Shown piece by piece: positions 1-12,766 of a stretch of 53,916 nt of DNA. Each line of letters starts with the position of its first letter. Position 1 is the stretch's first letter. The DNA lies in the NCBI GenBank assembly GCA_964016885.1, contig CAXHJY010000805.1, forward strand, positions 1 to 53,916. The letters run 5' to 3'. A program made the translations under genes and the position numbers. Below the pieces are notes generated by a model. The model had not been told where the DNA came from, did no database searches, and saw only the letters and a list, made by a program, of their open reading frames with translations. The DNA is from Eledone cirrhosa (lineage: Eukaryota).

Positions 1-20
1 CAGTGATCCGAGACCGGATT
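1..20 (-). CDS. Gene A exon 3 (partial, runs off the window)
   Basis: TTTTTCAG| then (K)SGLGSL, matching 20260-20241. Confidence 0.75.
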
Positions 21-382
21 CTGAAAAATTAAATCATAACATAGTTCAACAGAAATGAACAGTAAATATGATGCAAAAATTGTGCTTAGTTAAATATTAA
101 GAAATTGTAAATGATATAATGGTAGAATAAAATATTAGTTGGAAATTGAGAAAATATAACAGAAGTTAGGAGAGTACATAGTAAATTATTAAATATATAA
201 ATTGAAACATTAATGATAAATAAAAAATATTGATAAGATTTGAAAATAACATGTAAGGAGACGAAGATAAATATTTGAAGATATTATATAAGACAATATG
301 TGATTTATTTTTTGTATTTAATTTAATTTTGTGACAAAGTTTCTAAATCTTTTTGAAAATATGATAAAAATTTAGGTCTTAC

Positions 383-434
383 TATATATGTCACCAGGCT
401 TATCATCGAGAGATTTCTTGGAGAGAAAATGGTT
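383..434 (-). CDS. Gene A exon 2
   Basis: Identical to 20623-20674 with intact AG/GT. Confidence 0.75.
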
Positions 435-1126
435 CTGTTAAAAAATAACGAATAATATAGATATAAATACTCAGTATAAATATTCTCTTTGGAAACATAA
501 AAGAGAGAAACACATTTTGAGACTGAGACAAACACTCAAATGCACATATACCTTCATACGTTGAAATATACATACACACACGCACACACACACATATATA
601 TATATACATATATATGTATATTTTAACTGCTTCTTTGTGAATTATTTTCTTTCCTATCAAAGTACTGGTTATTGTTTGGTTAATATTAGATTAGGCAGCG
701 AATTAACAGAGACGTTAGAATGTCGTATAGAATGCTTAGCATAATTCGTTATATATATCTGCTCTTTGGATTCAAATCTTGCTGACGTCAACTTTGCTTT
801 TCATCCTTTTGATATCGAATAAAAAAGTACTAATCATTTGCTGTACTATGCATTCACTAATAGATTGTATTTCACAAAAAATCCACGTGATTTCCACATC
901 TAAAATACATTCTGTTAAATTCTAACTAATTTATAAAAGAAATATATAACATAATATGAAAGATATTGGTGACAACATATTACTTCAACGTACAAAATAT
1001 AAAATGTACGGAGTACAGTGAAAGAGAGAATTGTATAAAGAGTAACCAATGTTACGTCCCTATTGACTTATAACCAGTTGTAGGGAAATTAGGCCTATCT
1101 TAATCTGGGTATATATATATGTATAT

Positions 1127-1212
<86 letters not shown>

Positions 1213-1433
1213 ATATATATATATATGGATGTATTTTATATATTATACATAAATATTAATATATATATGTGTATGAGTATCTATATATGCATATATATTT
1301 CGTGTACGTGAGTTCATGTATATGAGTATATGTACATATATGGCAAACATTCACAAACAGGCGCACATCATACACAGACACACACACACACTCGAGCACA
1401 CACTGACACATATAATTAATTAATACATTTATA

Positions 1434-1515
<82 letters not shown>

Positions 1516-1552
1516 CATTCACACACACACGCAGTCTCATAAACACACACTG

Positions 1553-1638
<86 letters not shown>

Positions 1639-1735
1639 TATATATCTATCTTTTTATATATACACGCCATACAAAACACCAAGTGTATAAAGCAATAGAA
1701 AGAAGACACAAGTTTACAAAAATTTATATACATAC

Positions 1736-1879
1736 CTCCTCGGTTTTCTGCTCCATTTTTCTTATTCTTGAATCTTGATTGAGAATTGTTATGGCGAGAA
1801 CGAGAAATATTCCGAAAGCAATGAGAGAGGAAATAGTAAAACGTTGTGAAATATTTCTAGACAATTGTAGAAAATCCAT
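1736..1879 (-). CDS. Gene A exon 1 (tandem paralog of gene B)
   Basis: [48 protein letters not shown]; same donor; differs from B at LN/FH plus a silent change. Confidence 0.8.
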
Positions 1880-1954
1880 TGTTGTAGTGGTTGTCGATAA
1901 TATGTGAGGTTTGGTAACAAAGTAACGATAGGACTATGTAACGTAAACTGGAGA

Positions 1955-1995
1955 CTTTGAAATGACTTAGTGTGCGAAAACTTTTTAATATATAC
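1955..1995 (-). promoter_or_regulatory. Candidate TATA/Inr core promoter of gene A (counterpart near 22040-22080 for gene B)
   Basis: TATATATTAAAAAG about 105 nt upstream of the ATG with an Inr-like TCATTTC about 25-30 nt downstream; weak evidence in AT-rich DNA. Confidence 0.35.
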
Positions 1996-2418
1996 AGTTG
2001 AATACGACCCAATATTATCCAATGATCTACTGGTAAATTGATAAACCAATAAGATTGATTTATCTACAGATATGGGCGTGTTCTGAGTATGGTTAAGATT
2101 TTTGATTGGATGTATTATGTAATAGGTTAAGACAAGTATTCCAAAATATATTTTAACGTCATTCTCAGAAATTTATAAGATAAAAATCTACCAGATTGTA
2201 GGAGATATATTATTTCGTCATGTGCATACACGTTCCTTCAATCTAGTTGTTATTAATGGGGAAACAGTGTATATATTCAGTCGGTGAACTATTTATATAT
2301 TCCAGAATCTATATATATATATAATTATATTCTATAGTAAATAATACAATATATATATATATATATAAAATATTAAACAAATAATGAATAAACAATTCCT
2401 TATATTAAACAAAAAAAG

Positions 2419-2573
2419 TTCATTATTTAACGATCGTTTCTAGGATATATATGTGTTAGAATTGGTATGCATATTCAACAGATCTATGTACAAAATTATA
2501 CAAAATTATACAAATTATCAAGATTAAATATACATACCAACCACATATATACGCCGTCTTCAGAAATAATGAA
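2419..2573 (-). ncRNA. Antisense copy of the 8806-8960 hammerhead
   Basis: Reverse complement inside the left inverted arm. Confidence 0.78.
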
Positions 2574-3010
2574 GTATATTTATTGATAATAACAACAATT
2601 CAAAATTTCAGGTCCGTTTGGGAACAAAATTGACCAATGAAAACACAAAGGGTTAAATGCAGTTCGGTGTGTGTATATACATGTAAAACCCTTACACATA
2701 TTTTACAAAAATGTATGTATAATTTGTATACGCATACTAAAAGGATGGATGCAAATACAAAATTTCAAGGTTAATGTCTCTGTAAATTTATAATGCACAG
2801 ATAAAATGCGTATTGACACTTATGAAATTAAGTATACAAATATATTTTTTCATACTCACACATATCCGTACAATCACACATACACGCGCGTATATGCATA
2901 AATATACACATAACCACGAACATACAAACACACACACACCCCCACTCACATTTATATATGTGGATATAAAATCATAAGCACATGGATATTAATTCACTCA
3001 CATAAAACAC

Positions 3011-4606
3011 ATTAACATTATTACACATGCTAGACTAACACTTATTGAATTTCAGAATGAGTACTGGACCAGAAACACATACATTAATCTTTTTGATATT
3101 ACTATGGGTTCAAGCGATTCCGCCCAAATTACTGATCTTGTGGGCCTCTTTCTCCTTTTCAACATAAATGCCTCTTTTCCCCACCTCAAAGGTGGTTTAT
3201 ATCGTGATGACTGTCTTCTTCTTTCTAACAACCTTAGCCTTTCAGAAATTGAAAAAAACAAAAAACATATTAGAACTTTCCTTAAAGACTATTATAATCT
3301 TAATATTACTTTTGAAAAAACAAGTAAAGTAGTAAATTTCCTAGATATAACTTTAGATTTAGCTACGGGTATCTACCAACCTTACCATAAACCTAACCAA
3401 AACTTACATTACATACACTCACAATCTAATCACCCTAAATCTATCCTTAAAAACCTTGCATATAATATATCACTTAGAATTTCTAACCTTTCTTCTAACC
3501 AAGATGTATTTGATAAAAATGCGACCTTCTATAACGAAGCTCTAGATAGAAGTGGCCACAAAAATAGATTAGAGTATATACCTTCTACTAAAAATACTGA
3601 AAGCATACAACATAATATTACCAACAAACACCAAATGAAAAGTACACACCTAAATGTCACCCACACTATACCCCAAAATACCAAATCTTCTAATATAAAG
3701 TATAGTAACTCTCAAAAAACTACTCATCATACAACTCTAATAAATATTAATAATAAAACTCCTAATAAAAAGGATAAAACACCTAAATCTACAAATATAA
3801 CTAAAAATAGTTGTGGTGAGATCATTAACATTAATCCTCCTAGTAAAAATCACGATACAACCTATAAAAATAATAAAAATAATAAACAACATAGAAACCG
3901 TAATAGACGGGTTACTTGGTATAATGCTCCTTTTAATTTACAAGTTAAGGATAATATTGCTAAAAAATTTTTTTATATCCTTGAGAAAAACTTCCCGCCA
4001 AACCACAAATACCATCAAATCTTAAATAGGTCTACAGTTAAATTCTCATACTCTACAACAAATAACATAAAACAAAATATAAGTGCATATAATGCATATA
4101 AATGTAAGAAAACCATAAGTATACCACCAGTACATCAAATTAACCATAATATCTCCTCAAATACAGAATTAACGAAAGGATGTAACTGTAGAAACAAAGC
4201 AAACTGCCCATTAAAAGGGAATTGTCTTGTTAACAACATAGTCTATAAATGTAATGTTAAAACTAAAGATTCTATTTGCTCATATATAGGAGCTACCTCT
4301 AACAATTTTAAGACAAGGTTTAATACCCACAAGCATAGTTTTAAAAATGCCGCACTGGCTAATACAACATCTCTAGCAGAAAAAATCAATAGTTATAAAA
4401 ATAAGAATATAAAATATGATTTGACCTGGAGTGTGCTCAAAAGAGCCACCCCTTATCAAAATAATAGAAATGAATGTAGATTATGTTCCCAAGAACTATT
4501 TGAAATAATGAAGTCTAAGGATATCTTATTAAATAAACGACAGGAATTAATTATATCGTGTAATCATAAACTAAAAAAAACATTTAAATATTATAAACCT
4601 AATTAA
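3011..4606 (+). CDS. PLE reverse transcriptase (C-terminal half) plus GIY-YIG endonuclease
   Basis: Frame open from 3011 (INIITHARL...FDITMGSSDSAQ); GLYRDD, NFLDITLDL, HSQSNHP, WYNAPF, CNCRNKANCPLKGNC (CxCx5Cx5C), IVY...YIG, FKTRFNTH, CRLCSQE; no stops. Confidence 0.95.
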   Translation: MNIITHARLTLIEFQNEYWTRNTYINLFDITMGSSDSAQITDLVGLFLLFNINASFPHLKGGLYRDDCLLLSNNLSLSEIEKNKKHIRTFLKDYYNLNITFEKTSKVVNFLDITLDLATGIYQPYHKPNQNLHYIHSQSNHPKSILKNLAYNISLRISNLSSNQDVFDKNATFYNEALDRSGHKNRLEYIPSTKNTESIQHNITNKHQMKSTHLNVTHTIPQNTKSSNIKYSNSQKTTHHTTLININNKTPNKKDKTPKSTNITKNSCGEIININPPSKNHDTTYKNNKNNKQHRNRNRRVTWYNAPFNLQVKDNIAKKFFYILEKNFPPNHKYHQILNRSTVKFSYSTTNNIKQNISAYNAYKCKKTISIPPVHQINHNISSNTELTKGCNCRNKANCPLKGNCLVNNIVYKCNVKTKDSICSYIGATSNNFKTRFNTHKHSFKNAALANTTSLAEKINSYKNKNIKYDLTWSVLKRATPYQNNRNECRLCSQELFEIMKSKDILLNKRQELIISCNHKLKKTFKYYKPN

Positions 4607-5560
4607 TAACATTATTTTAGAAATTAATTTAATTTAAATGTTAGTTAACCTATAAATTTAATTTAATTAAAATTTTATTACAGATGAGAATATAAAATAT
4701 TATGTAATCATAAATTGTGAAAAACCTTTAAATATTACTAATATATACTTAGTAATTTAATTTATAGATTAATTTTAATTTATTTAAACCTTTTATTATA
4801 ATTCTTTTACAGATAAAATATAACAAAATAATATCGTGTATCCAATGACAGAGAAATAATTTTTAGTATTATAGACCTAATTAATATACATTTTGGAAAT
4901 ATATTTATAATTTGGTTTTAATTTTAATCAACCTATAAATTTAATTTTAATTTGCTTAAAATTAGTATCCTTATACAGACGAATTGCAGAATGTCATGTA
5001 ATCATAGAATGGGATGTGTTTTGGATATATACCTAGTTAATATATTCTATGCAATTTTTTGAAAAAGATATGTATATGTATATGTGTATGTGTATGTGTG
5101 TGTGTATGTATATGTGTATATATGTATATATATGTATGTATGTGTGTATGTATATGTATATATGTATGTGTATGTATATGTATATGTATGCGTATTAATT
5201 TTGATTTCTATTTGCATATAATTATATTATGCTATTGATGAAATACAATATCTGCTTTATGTATTGTATACCTAATTAACATATACTATAGAAATAAATA
5301 TATAATTTTTAATTTAGTTAACCTATAATTTATATTCTACTACCGATGTAATACTTTATTTTATTTGTTTTTTTCCCTATTACTAAATTCATTTCCTAAT
5401 ATTGATACCATAACGTTATTAACTTTAATTTAGTTATACTGTAATTAATACTCTACTACTATTTAACTTCAAAATTCTGCTTCAAATATTATAAACCTAA
5501 CTAATTTACACCTTAGAAATCAATATGTTAACTATCTTTGGTTTAGTTAACATATAATTA
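4553..5560 (+). repeat. Degenerate tandem repeat (about 140 bp, roughly 6 copies) of the PLE ORF end/stop region
   Basis: Recurring ATCGTGTAATCATAAA...TATTATAAACCTAATTAAT...TTAGTTAACCTATAAATTT motifs near 4553, 4699, 4830, 4991, 5265, 5484. Confidence 0.6.
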
Positions 5561-5599
5561 ATGATATACTTGTTTATTTTGAGATGCATAGATTTTGCC

Positions 5600-6251
5600 T
5601 TAGTTCTTGTTTGTTGTATTTCCTAACACTGAAACTATGTAAAAACATACATTGGATAAAGATACGGAAAATATTCTATGTTTCTTGAAACATATATTTA
5701 CTTTGATCCCCTTCTCCAAACCCCCCCTTTCCCCCATACTATTATCATCTGTATTTGTAAGCGTGTATGTATGAATATATATGTAGGTAGGTGTCTATAT
5801 AGGTTTGGGTATTTATATCTAAATATAAAAATACATATATGCGCATGCAAATATGAATGTAAGATTGTGTGTGTATATATGAGTGTGTGTATGTATGTAT
5901 ATATGTGTATATATGCATGTATATATGTATGTGTATGTGAATGTGTGTACGTATATGTGTATGTATGTGTATATATGTGTATATATATGTATATATGTAT
6001 ATATAGGAATATATATATGTATATATATATGTATATGTATATGTGTGTGTATGTATGTGTGTGTATGTGTGTTGTATATATATGTATGTCTCTCTATTTA
6101 TATGTCTATCTTCTTATCTATGTGATATATGTGTGTGTGTGTGCATGTATGCACATATATGTGTTTATGTGTATATATGTGTATGTGTGTATATATGTGT
6201 GTGTGCACACACATATATATGTGAGTGTGTATATGTGTCTGTGTATATGTA

Positions 6252-6307
<56 letters not shown>

Positions 6308-6397
6308 TGTCTATGTGTGAATATATGTCTATATTCGTATGTGTGTATATATGTATGTGTATGTTTATATGTATATATATATATATATGTATGTATG

Positions 6398-6431
<34 letters not shown>

Positions 6432-6682
6432 TTATTTTTTATTATTGTAATATAACTTATGTGTATGTGTGTATAAGTGAGGTTGTGTATGTGTATATAA
6501 TATGTGTATATATAAGTGTAAAAAAATATATATATATGTGCATGTCTGTTTTTTATGTGTGTGTATATATATATATATATATATACGTGTGTATATATAT
6601 GTATATGTGGGTGTTTGTATGTGTATTTATGGTGGTATGAGTGTGTGGGTATCTATGTATATATATATATATATGTATGAGT

Positions 6683-6732
<50 letters not shown>

Positions 6733-7102
6733 GTGTATATGTATGTGTAGATATATATCTCTATTAATGCGTGTGTGTATGTATATACATATGCCTTTTT
6801 ATTATTATTTTTATTTGTATGTCTGAGTTAGGTGAGGTTGTAGTGGTTTTTTATGTATATACGCATATATGGATGCGTATGTATTTGTATATATGAGTAT
6901 AAGTAAGTGCATATGTATGTATGATTATATATCTAATTCTATGTATGAATATACATGTATATATATGTGTGTATGTAAGTTGTGTGTGTATGTATGTATA
7001 TGTCTATGTATGTATATATATATATATGTATATCGATGTACGTGTATGTATGTACATGTATGTCTATGTATGTGTGTATGTATGTGTATGTATATTTAGG
7101 TG

Positions 7103-7163
<61 letters not shown>

Positions 7164-7401
7164 ATATATATATGTATATATCTTTATTATTTATTTTTTA
7201 TATATATGTGTATGTGTGTATGTGTTGTGTGTGTGTGTGTGTGTATATATATCTTTATATATGTGTATGTGTATGTTCGTGTAGGTGTATGTGTGTGTAT
7301 GACTTTATATGTATGTGTGTATGTGTGTATGCGTAAATATTTCTATGTGTGTGTACATGTATGTATGTGTATATATCTGTATGTGTGTGTATGTGTATTT
7401 G

Positions 7402-7434
<33 letters not shown>

Positions 7435-7461
7435 GTTTATATATATATATGTATATGTATA

Positions 7462-7496
<35 letters not shown>

Positions 7497-7812
7497 CTAT
7501 AAGTTTTTCTATTTGTATATGTATGTGTGTATAGGTATATACCTTTCTCTTTGTATTTCTAAGTTGTGTGATAGTGTAGTGGTGTTTGTATGTATATACC
7601 GATATATAGATGCGTAAGTATTTGTCTGTATGTATATATGTAAGTCTGTATATATTTGTGTGTATATATAGCTATGTATGTGTATATCTGTATGTATATT
7701 AGTATGTAAGTGTTGTATATGTGCATGTATGTGTGTGGTTATATATATCTATGTCTATATAGTATGTGTGATTATATGTATATGTGTGTGTATATGTACG
7801 TGTATATACATA

Positions 7813-7873
<61 letters not shown>

Positions 7874-8069
7874 GTATGTGTATTTGTATGTATATGTGTG
7901 TATGTATGTATGCGTGTATATGTATATGTTTATATATGTGTGTGTATGTATGTTCTTAGTGTGGATGTGTGTATATGTATGTATGTGTTTGTATATGTGT
8001 GTATATTTATGTATGGGTGTGTGTGTGTCTATGTGTATATATATGTATATTTATATATATATATATATA

Positions 8070-8116
<47 letters not shown>

Positions 8117-8270
8117 ATATATGTGTATATATATATATTTATTTTCTTGATATATTTCTTTTTTCTTTTTTCTTTTTTCTTTTTTCTGTTTTTCTTTCTA
8201 TTCTTTCCTCTTTAATGTTTATTTATTATATTTTATTTTTTTATTTTTTTATTTTTCTTAGTTTATAGAT
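5600..8270. repeat. Compound (TA)n/(TG)n/(TATG)n simple-repeat tract inside the PLE 3' region
   Basis: Seen directly; source of the spurious Y/I/C/V/M ORFs. Confidence 0.95.
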
Positions 8271-8805
8271 ACATCTATATTAGGCAGTCTGCTCAGACCG
8301 TTGAATACTGACCCCTCCCCCCCCCTCCCACCTAATTTCTGTATCTTGATCTAAAAATGTGTGTGCCAGTGTTTTATGTGAGTGAATTAATATCCATGTG
8401 CTTATGATTTTATATCCACATATATAAATGTGAGTGGGGGTGTGTGTGTGTTTGTATGTTCGTGGTTATGTGTATATTTATGCATATACGCGCGTGTATG
8501 TGTGATTGTACGGATATGTGTGAGTATGAAAAAATATATTTGTATACTTAATTTCATAAGTGTCAATACGCATCTTATCTGTGCATTATAAATTTACAGA
8601 GACATTAACCTTGAAATTTTGTATTTGCATCCATCCTTTTAGTATGCGTATACAAATTATACATACATTTTTGTAAAATATGTGTAAGGGTTTTACATGT
8701 ATATACACACACCGAACTGCATTTAACCCTTTGTGTTTTCATTGGTCAATTTTGTTCCCAAACGGACCTGAAATTTTGAATTGTTGTTATTATCAATAAA
8801 TATAC

Positions 8806-8960
8806 TTCATTATTTCTGAAGACGGCGTATATATGTGGTTGGTATGTATATTTAATCTTGATAATTTGTATAATTTTGTATAATTTTGTACATAGATCTG
8901 TTGAATATGCATACCAATTCTAACACATATATATCCTAGAAACGATCGTTAAATAATGAA
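8806..8960 (+). ncRNA. Type I hammerhead ribozyme with a very long stem II
   Basis: Stem I TTCATTATTT/AAATAATGAA (10 bp); core CTGAAGA 8816-8822; GAAA 8939-8942; palindromic stem III CGATCG; GUU site at 8948-8950. Confidence 0.8.
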
Positions 8961-9145
8961 CTTTTTTTGTTTAATATAAGGAATTGTTTATTCATTATTT
9001 GTTTAATATTTTATCTTGACTCTGTATACCGTTTATCTTTCACCGAAAGTGATTTTTCATTACATCTCTTCTTTCCATGATATCCGGAATACATTGAGTT
9101 CTTCATACGGATTGGACACTACCGTAAACTCTTGGTAGATTTATC

Positions 9146-9194
<49 letters not shown>

Positions 9195-9639
9195 GTAAAA
9201 AATGAAATGAAATTTCATTTCTCACTTTAATTCGGGATGATTGTTTACAAACACACCGAGCATTATAATAAATGTTCGGTGAAGCCATACGTACATATAT
9301 ATATATATATGTGTGCAAGTATGTATATATATATATACATACTACTGTACGTCTGTATACATATATGTATGTACGTGTACATATATATATATATATACTG
9401 TATTTACGTATAGAGAGAGAGAGAAAAAATGGGAGGATAGGTGATACATATAGTTAATTGCCAAGTAACGTATGCCAAAGGTGCTCGATACTAGTGCCGG
9501 CAGTATTAAATATTCGAAGTGTTAATATTTAGTGGGCTAAAGAGTTAGCAGAGCGTAAGCAGTTGGGCGAAACGTACGTAGGTGGTATTTTAAATAAACA
9601 TGATTTAAAGGTCTAATCTCCGATTTCTTACTTTCCCAC

Positions 9640-9691
<52 letters not shown>

Positions 9692-9720
9692 AAATGTGTG
9701 AGATCCTTGGTACAGTCAGG

Positions 9721-9933
9721 TATATTTGAAAAAAAAAGAAAAGAATGACTTCACTTGTAGTGTTAAAAATGTTTTGATTTAATGTTATAATATTATAATA
9801 TTATGATTTGGTAGATCCAGTCTGGACTGGATCTACCAACTGGATCTACCAACTCATAATATTATAATACATTAAATCAAAAATCTTTTAAACACTACAA
9901 GTGAAGTCATTATTTTCCTTTTTTTCAAATATA
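9721..9933. repeat. Fold-back inverted repeat between microsatellites
   Basis: 9721-9821 is the reverse complement of about 9839-9933; centre GTAGATCCAGTCTGGACTGGATCTAC with a short duplication. Confidence 0.85.
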
Positions 9934-9962
9934 TATATATATATGTATATACATAGTTGTGT

Positions 9963-10001
<39 letters not shown>

Positions 10002-10014
10002 TGTGTGTGTATGT

Positions 10015-10070
<56 letters not shown>

Positions 10071-10366
10071 CCCGGGATCAACCGAGGGTAGCCACAGTAA
10101 GTAAGGTTCTCACTGCATAATATATTATGTAATGTTTAATATAGAAATGGTTTCTATACATTTCTTTATTAAACATTATATATAATATGAAGAGGGTGTT
10201 TAACTCCAACACACTCTAGTATATATATTTATACATATATATATATATCCTAGACCCCAGTAGACAATTGATGCCCCCCCCCCATTTTCTTGCTTTCTTC
10301 GTATTCCCACTACATTTTAAGTTACCTTAAATAGCAACTACACAGCCATTTCTATTCTCCATATAT

Positions 10367-10401
<35 letters not shown>

Positions 10402-10416
10402 CATTTATATATATAT

Positions 10417-10482
<66 letters not shown>

Positions 10483-10694
10483 CCGATAGCAGGGTATCCA
10501 TAGATTGTTAAGAAAAAAACAATACTTAATCTATTTCAAAAGATCTGTTTTAAAATAAAGAAATTTTATTACATTTCACACATTGGAAAAATTAGTCGTA
10601 ACTGGTGTCTGAGGAGAGGTCAGTATTGGAACGGCTCCCCTACTATACAGTTGTAACCATCTTGAACCTAAAACCTGAGATACCTTGTAAGAGG

Positions 10695-11000
10695 AAGATC
10701 TTTAACCATTTGTGTTTTATGGATGACCTAAAACTGTGAAGCAATGTATCGATAACATTGGCATGTAATTTGGTCTTGATAAAGGCACTAAAGGATCGTT
10801 ATAAAAGAGGAATTTAACAAAAGTATCATCTTTTAAACTCGATATAGATACAACCAATGTACCTCAATATATCTTGGCATAAACGAAGATGATGGAAGTA
10901 AACACACTGAAGGAGAAAATACGGAAAGAATATTACAGAAGTATAAATCAGATCTTGAAACCATTGGTACGATATAGTTATAACATCATCAAATGAAACT
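10695..11000 (+). pseudogene. Degraded RT fragment related to the R4/Dong LINE at 23.4-27.4 kb
   Basis: Translatable pieces NHLCFMDDLKL, FGLDK, YLGINEDDG, KEKIRKEYYRS, homologous to ORF 25656-26114. Confidence 0.75.
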
Positions 11001-11115
11001 TATCTGATCTTTAAATATTATATTTTAGTTGACGAAAGCGTACTTAGTACACTAGGAATACGTATAATAAAAGAAATATGGTTTTGTAAAGATATTTTCC
11101 ATTTATTAATATTCT

Positions 11116-11149
<34 letters not shown>

Positions 11150-11335
11150 CGTTTCTGAAAGTATAACAATATATATATATCACTTCTCTCTCTCTCTGTA
11201 TATATATAGATATATATATATATATCACTTATCTGAGTGGATCACTTATCTGAGTGGTTTGGGCTGCCATTTCTAGCAGCCCGTCCCTCAGAGGCCACTA
11301 GATTCTTTTAGAGTTGTCTGATATGTATAGCCTTC

Positions 11336-11416
11336 CACACGCTGATGAACCATGGGCTAATCATTTCTGTCAACAACTTATTTGGCGAAACAGATCTCTT
11401 TGGGTTTGTACGTGTG
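11336..11416 (+). ncRNA. Type I hammerhead ribozyme with a full stem III
   Basis: Stem I CACACG/CGTGTG; CTGATGA 11342-11348; GAAA 11387-11390; stem III CAGATC/GGTTTG; GUA site; stem II weak; family copies at 41881-41954(-) and 42403-42482(+). Confidence 0.7.
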
Positions 11417-11683
11417 TGTTAGATAGTTATCGAGGTATGTATTTACACTTTAATTTATACTTTTAATTATCGTGTGTCTATTCTGCCTTACATGGGTTAT
11501 AGATTCCATACACTGGTGTTTGTTCCCTGTTTGATTGATGGCGCATTATCTCTCTCTCTAGTGTGTTACCTTTTCAACATATTGTATTATATATATATAT
11601 ACATATATATATATACAACGGAAAAACTTGAACCGTTAAGATCTTCTTCCTGGTTATGTCAATATCTATAAAACAAACTTTGT

Positions 11684-11742
11684 TTTTTTACCTGATGAGC
11701 GCGTACAAAAGTTTTGGTACCCTTGAAATATATATAATAGAA
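11684..11742 (+). ncRNA. Degenerate minimal hammerhead (same family as 15229-15293; a more decayed copy near 11022-11072)
   Basis: CTGATGA...GTAC-loop-GTAC...GAAA TATATA TA ATAGAA; stem I imperfect. Confidence 0.45.
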
Positions 11743-11795
11743 TAAATATGGTTTTATAAATATTTAATATCATTGTATATATATTATATATGTAT

Positions 11796-11915
<120 letters not shown>

Positions 11916-11990
11916 TATATAATGTATATAATACATATATATAATATATATATATATAATATATATATATATATAATATATATATATAAT

Positions 11991-12021
<31 letters not shown>

Positions 12022-12175
12022 TTATATAATATATATATATATATATATAATTTATATATATAAATATTTATATAATATATATATATATATAATATATATA
12101 TATATATATAATATATATATATATATATTATATAATATATATAATATATATATATATATACAGTATATAATATAT

Positions 12176-12248
<73 letters not shown>

Positions 12249-12275
12249 TATGATATATATATAATATATATAATG

Positions 12276-12316
<41 letters not shown>

Positions 12317-12429
12317 AAGTAATTCCGTCGGAATATATTTATTATTTGCAGTATTCCCAACTATTTGTTTACCCCTTTCACCTTTTTAATTTTATTTATA
12401 TATATATATATAATATTTATGTATTTTCT

Positions 12430-12479
<50 letters not shown>

Positions 12480-12766
12480 CATGTGTGTGTGTATATTATT
12501 TAAGAGTTAAATATGGTTCAATGAATACATCTAAGAATGAGTTTTACACACATACATGTGTGTGTATGTATTTATATGTATGTGTATGTATATATATATA
12601 TATATATATATATAGTAATAATAATAACTTTGAAGACTAAAATCCAAAGAGGGCTCGATAAGGATAAATATATATCAAATATATAAGAACTGTAGAGCGA
12701 TTCTTTGCTTAAACTTTAATCTGTTATTTTAATAAATAAAAAATATATATAAATGAAGTAATTCCG

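Larger units (their letters stand above)
1..2308 (+). repeat. Tandem segmental duplication, copy A
   Basis: Near-identical to 20241-22369, including introns and an embedded SINE; differences mostly in microsatellite length. Confidence 0.97.
2364..9014 (+). mobile_element. 5'-truncated Penelope-like retroelement (Naiad-type) with an inverted copy of its 3' end at the 5' junction
   Basis: RT/GIY-YIG ORF, long simple-repeat 3' region, and about 646-bp inverted terminal arms 2364-3010 / 8369-9014 containing a hammerhead. Confidence 0.9.

Noticed and set aside
4180-4230. Selenoprotein-type Naiad (UGA at conserved Cys)
   Set aside because: Cys positions of the CxCx5Cx5C motif are TGT/TGC in all three readable copies; no SECIS recognised
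5678-8268. Many Y/I/C/V/M-rich ORFs (also at 14-17 kb, 35 kb and 38 kb)
   Set aside because: Products of (TA)n/(TG)n microsatellites
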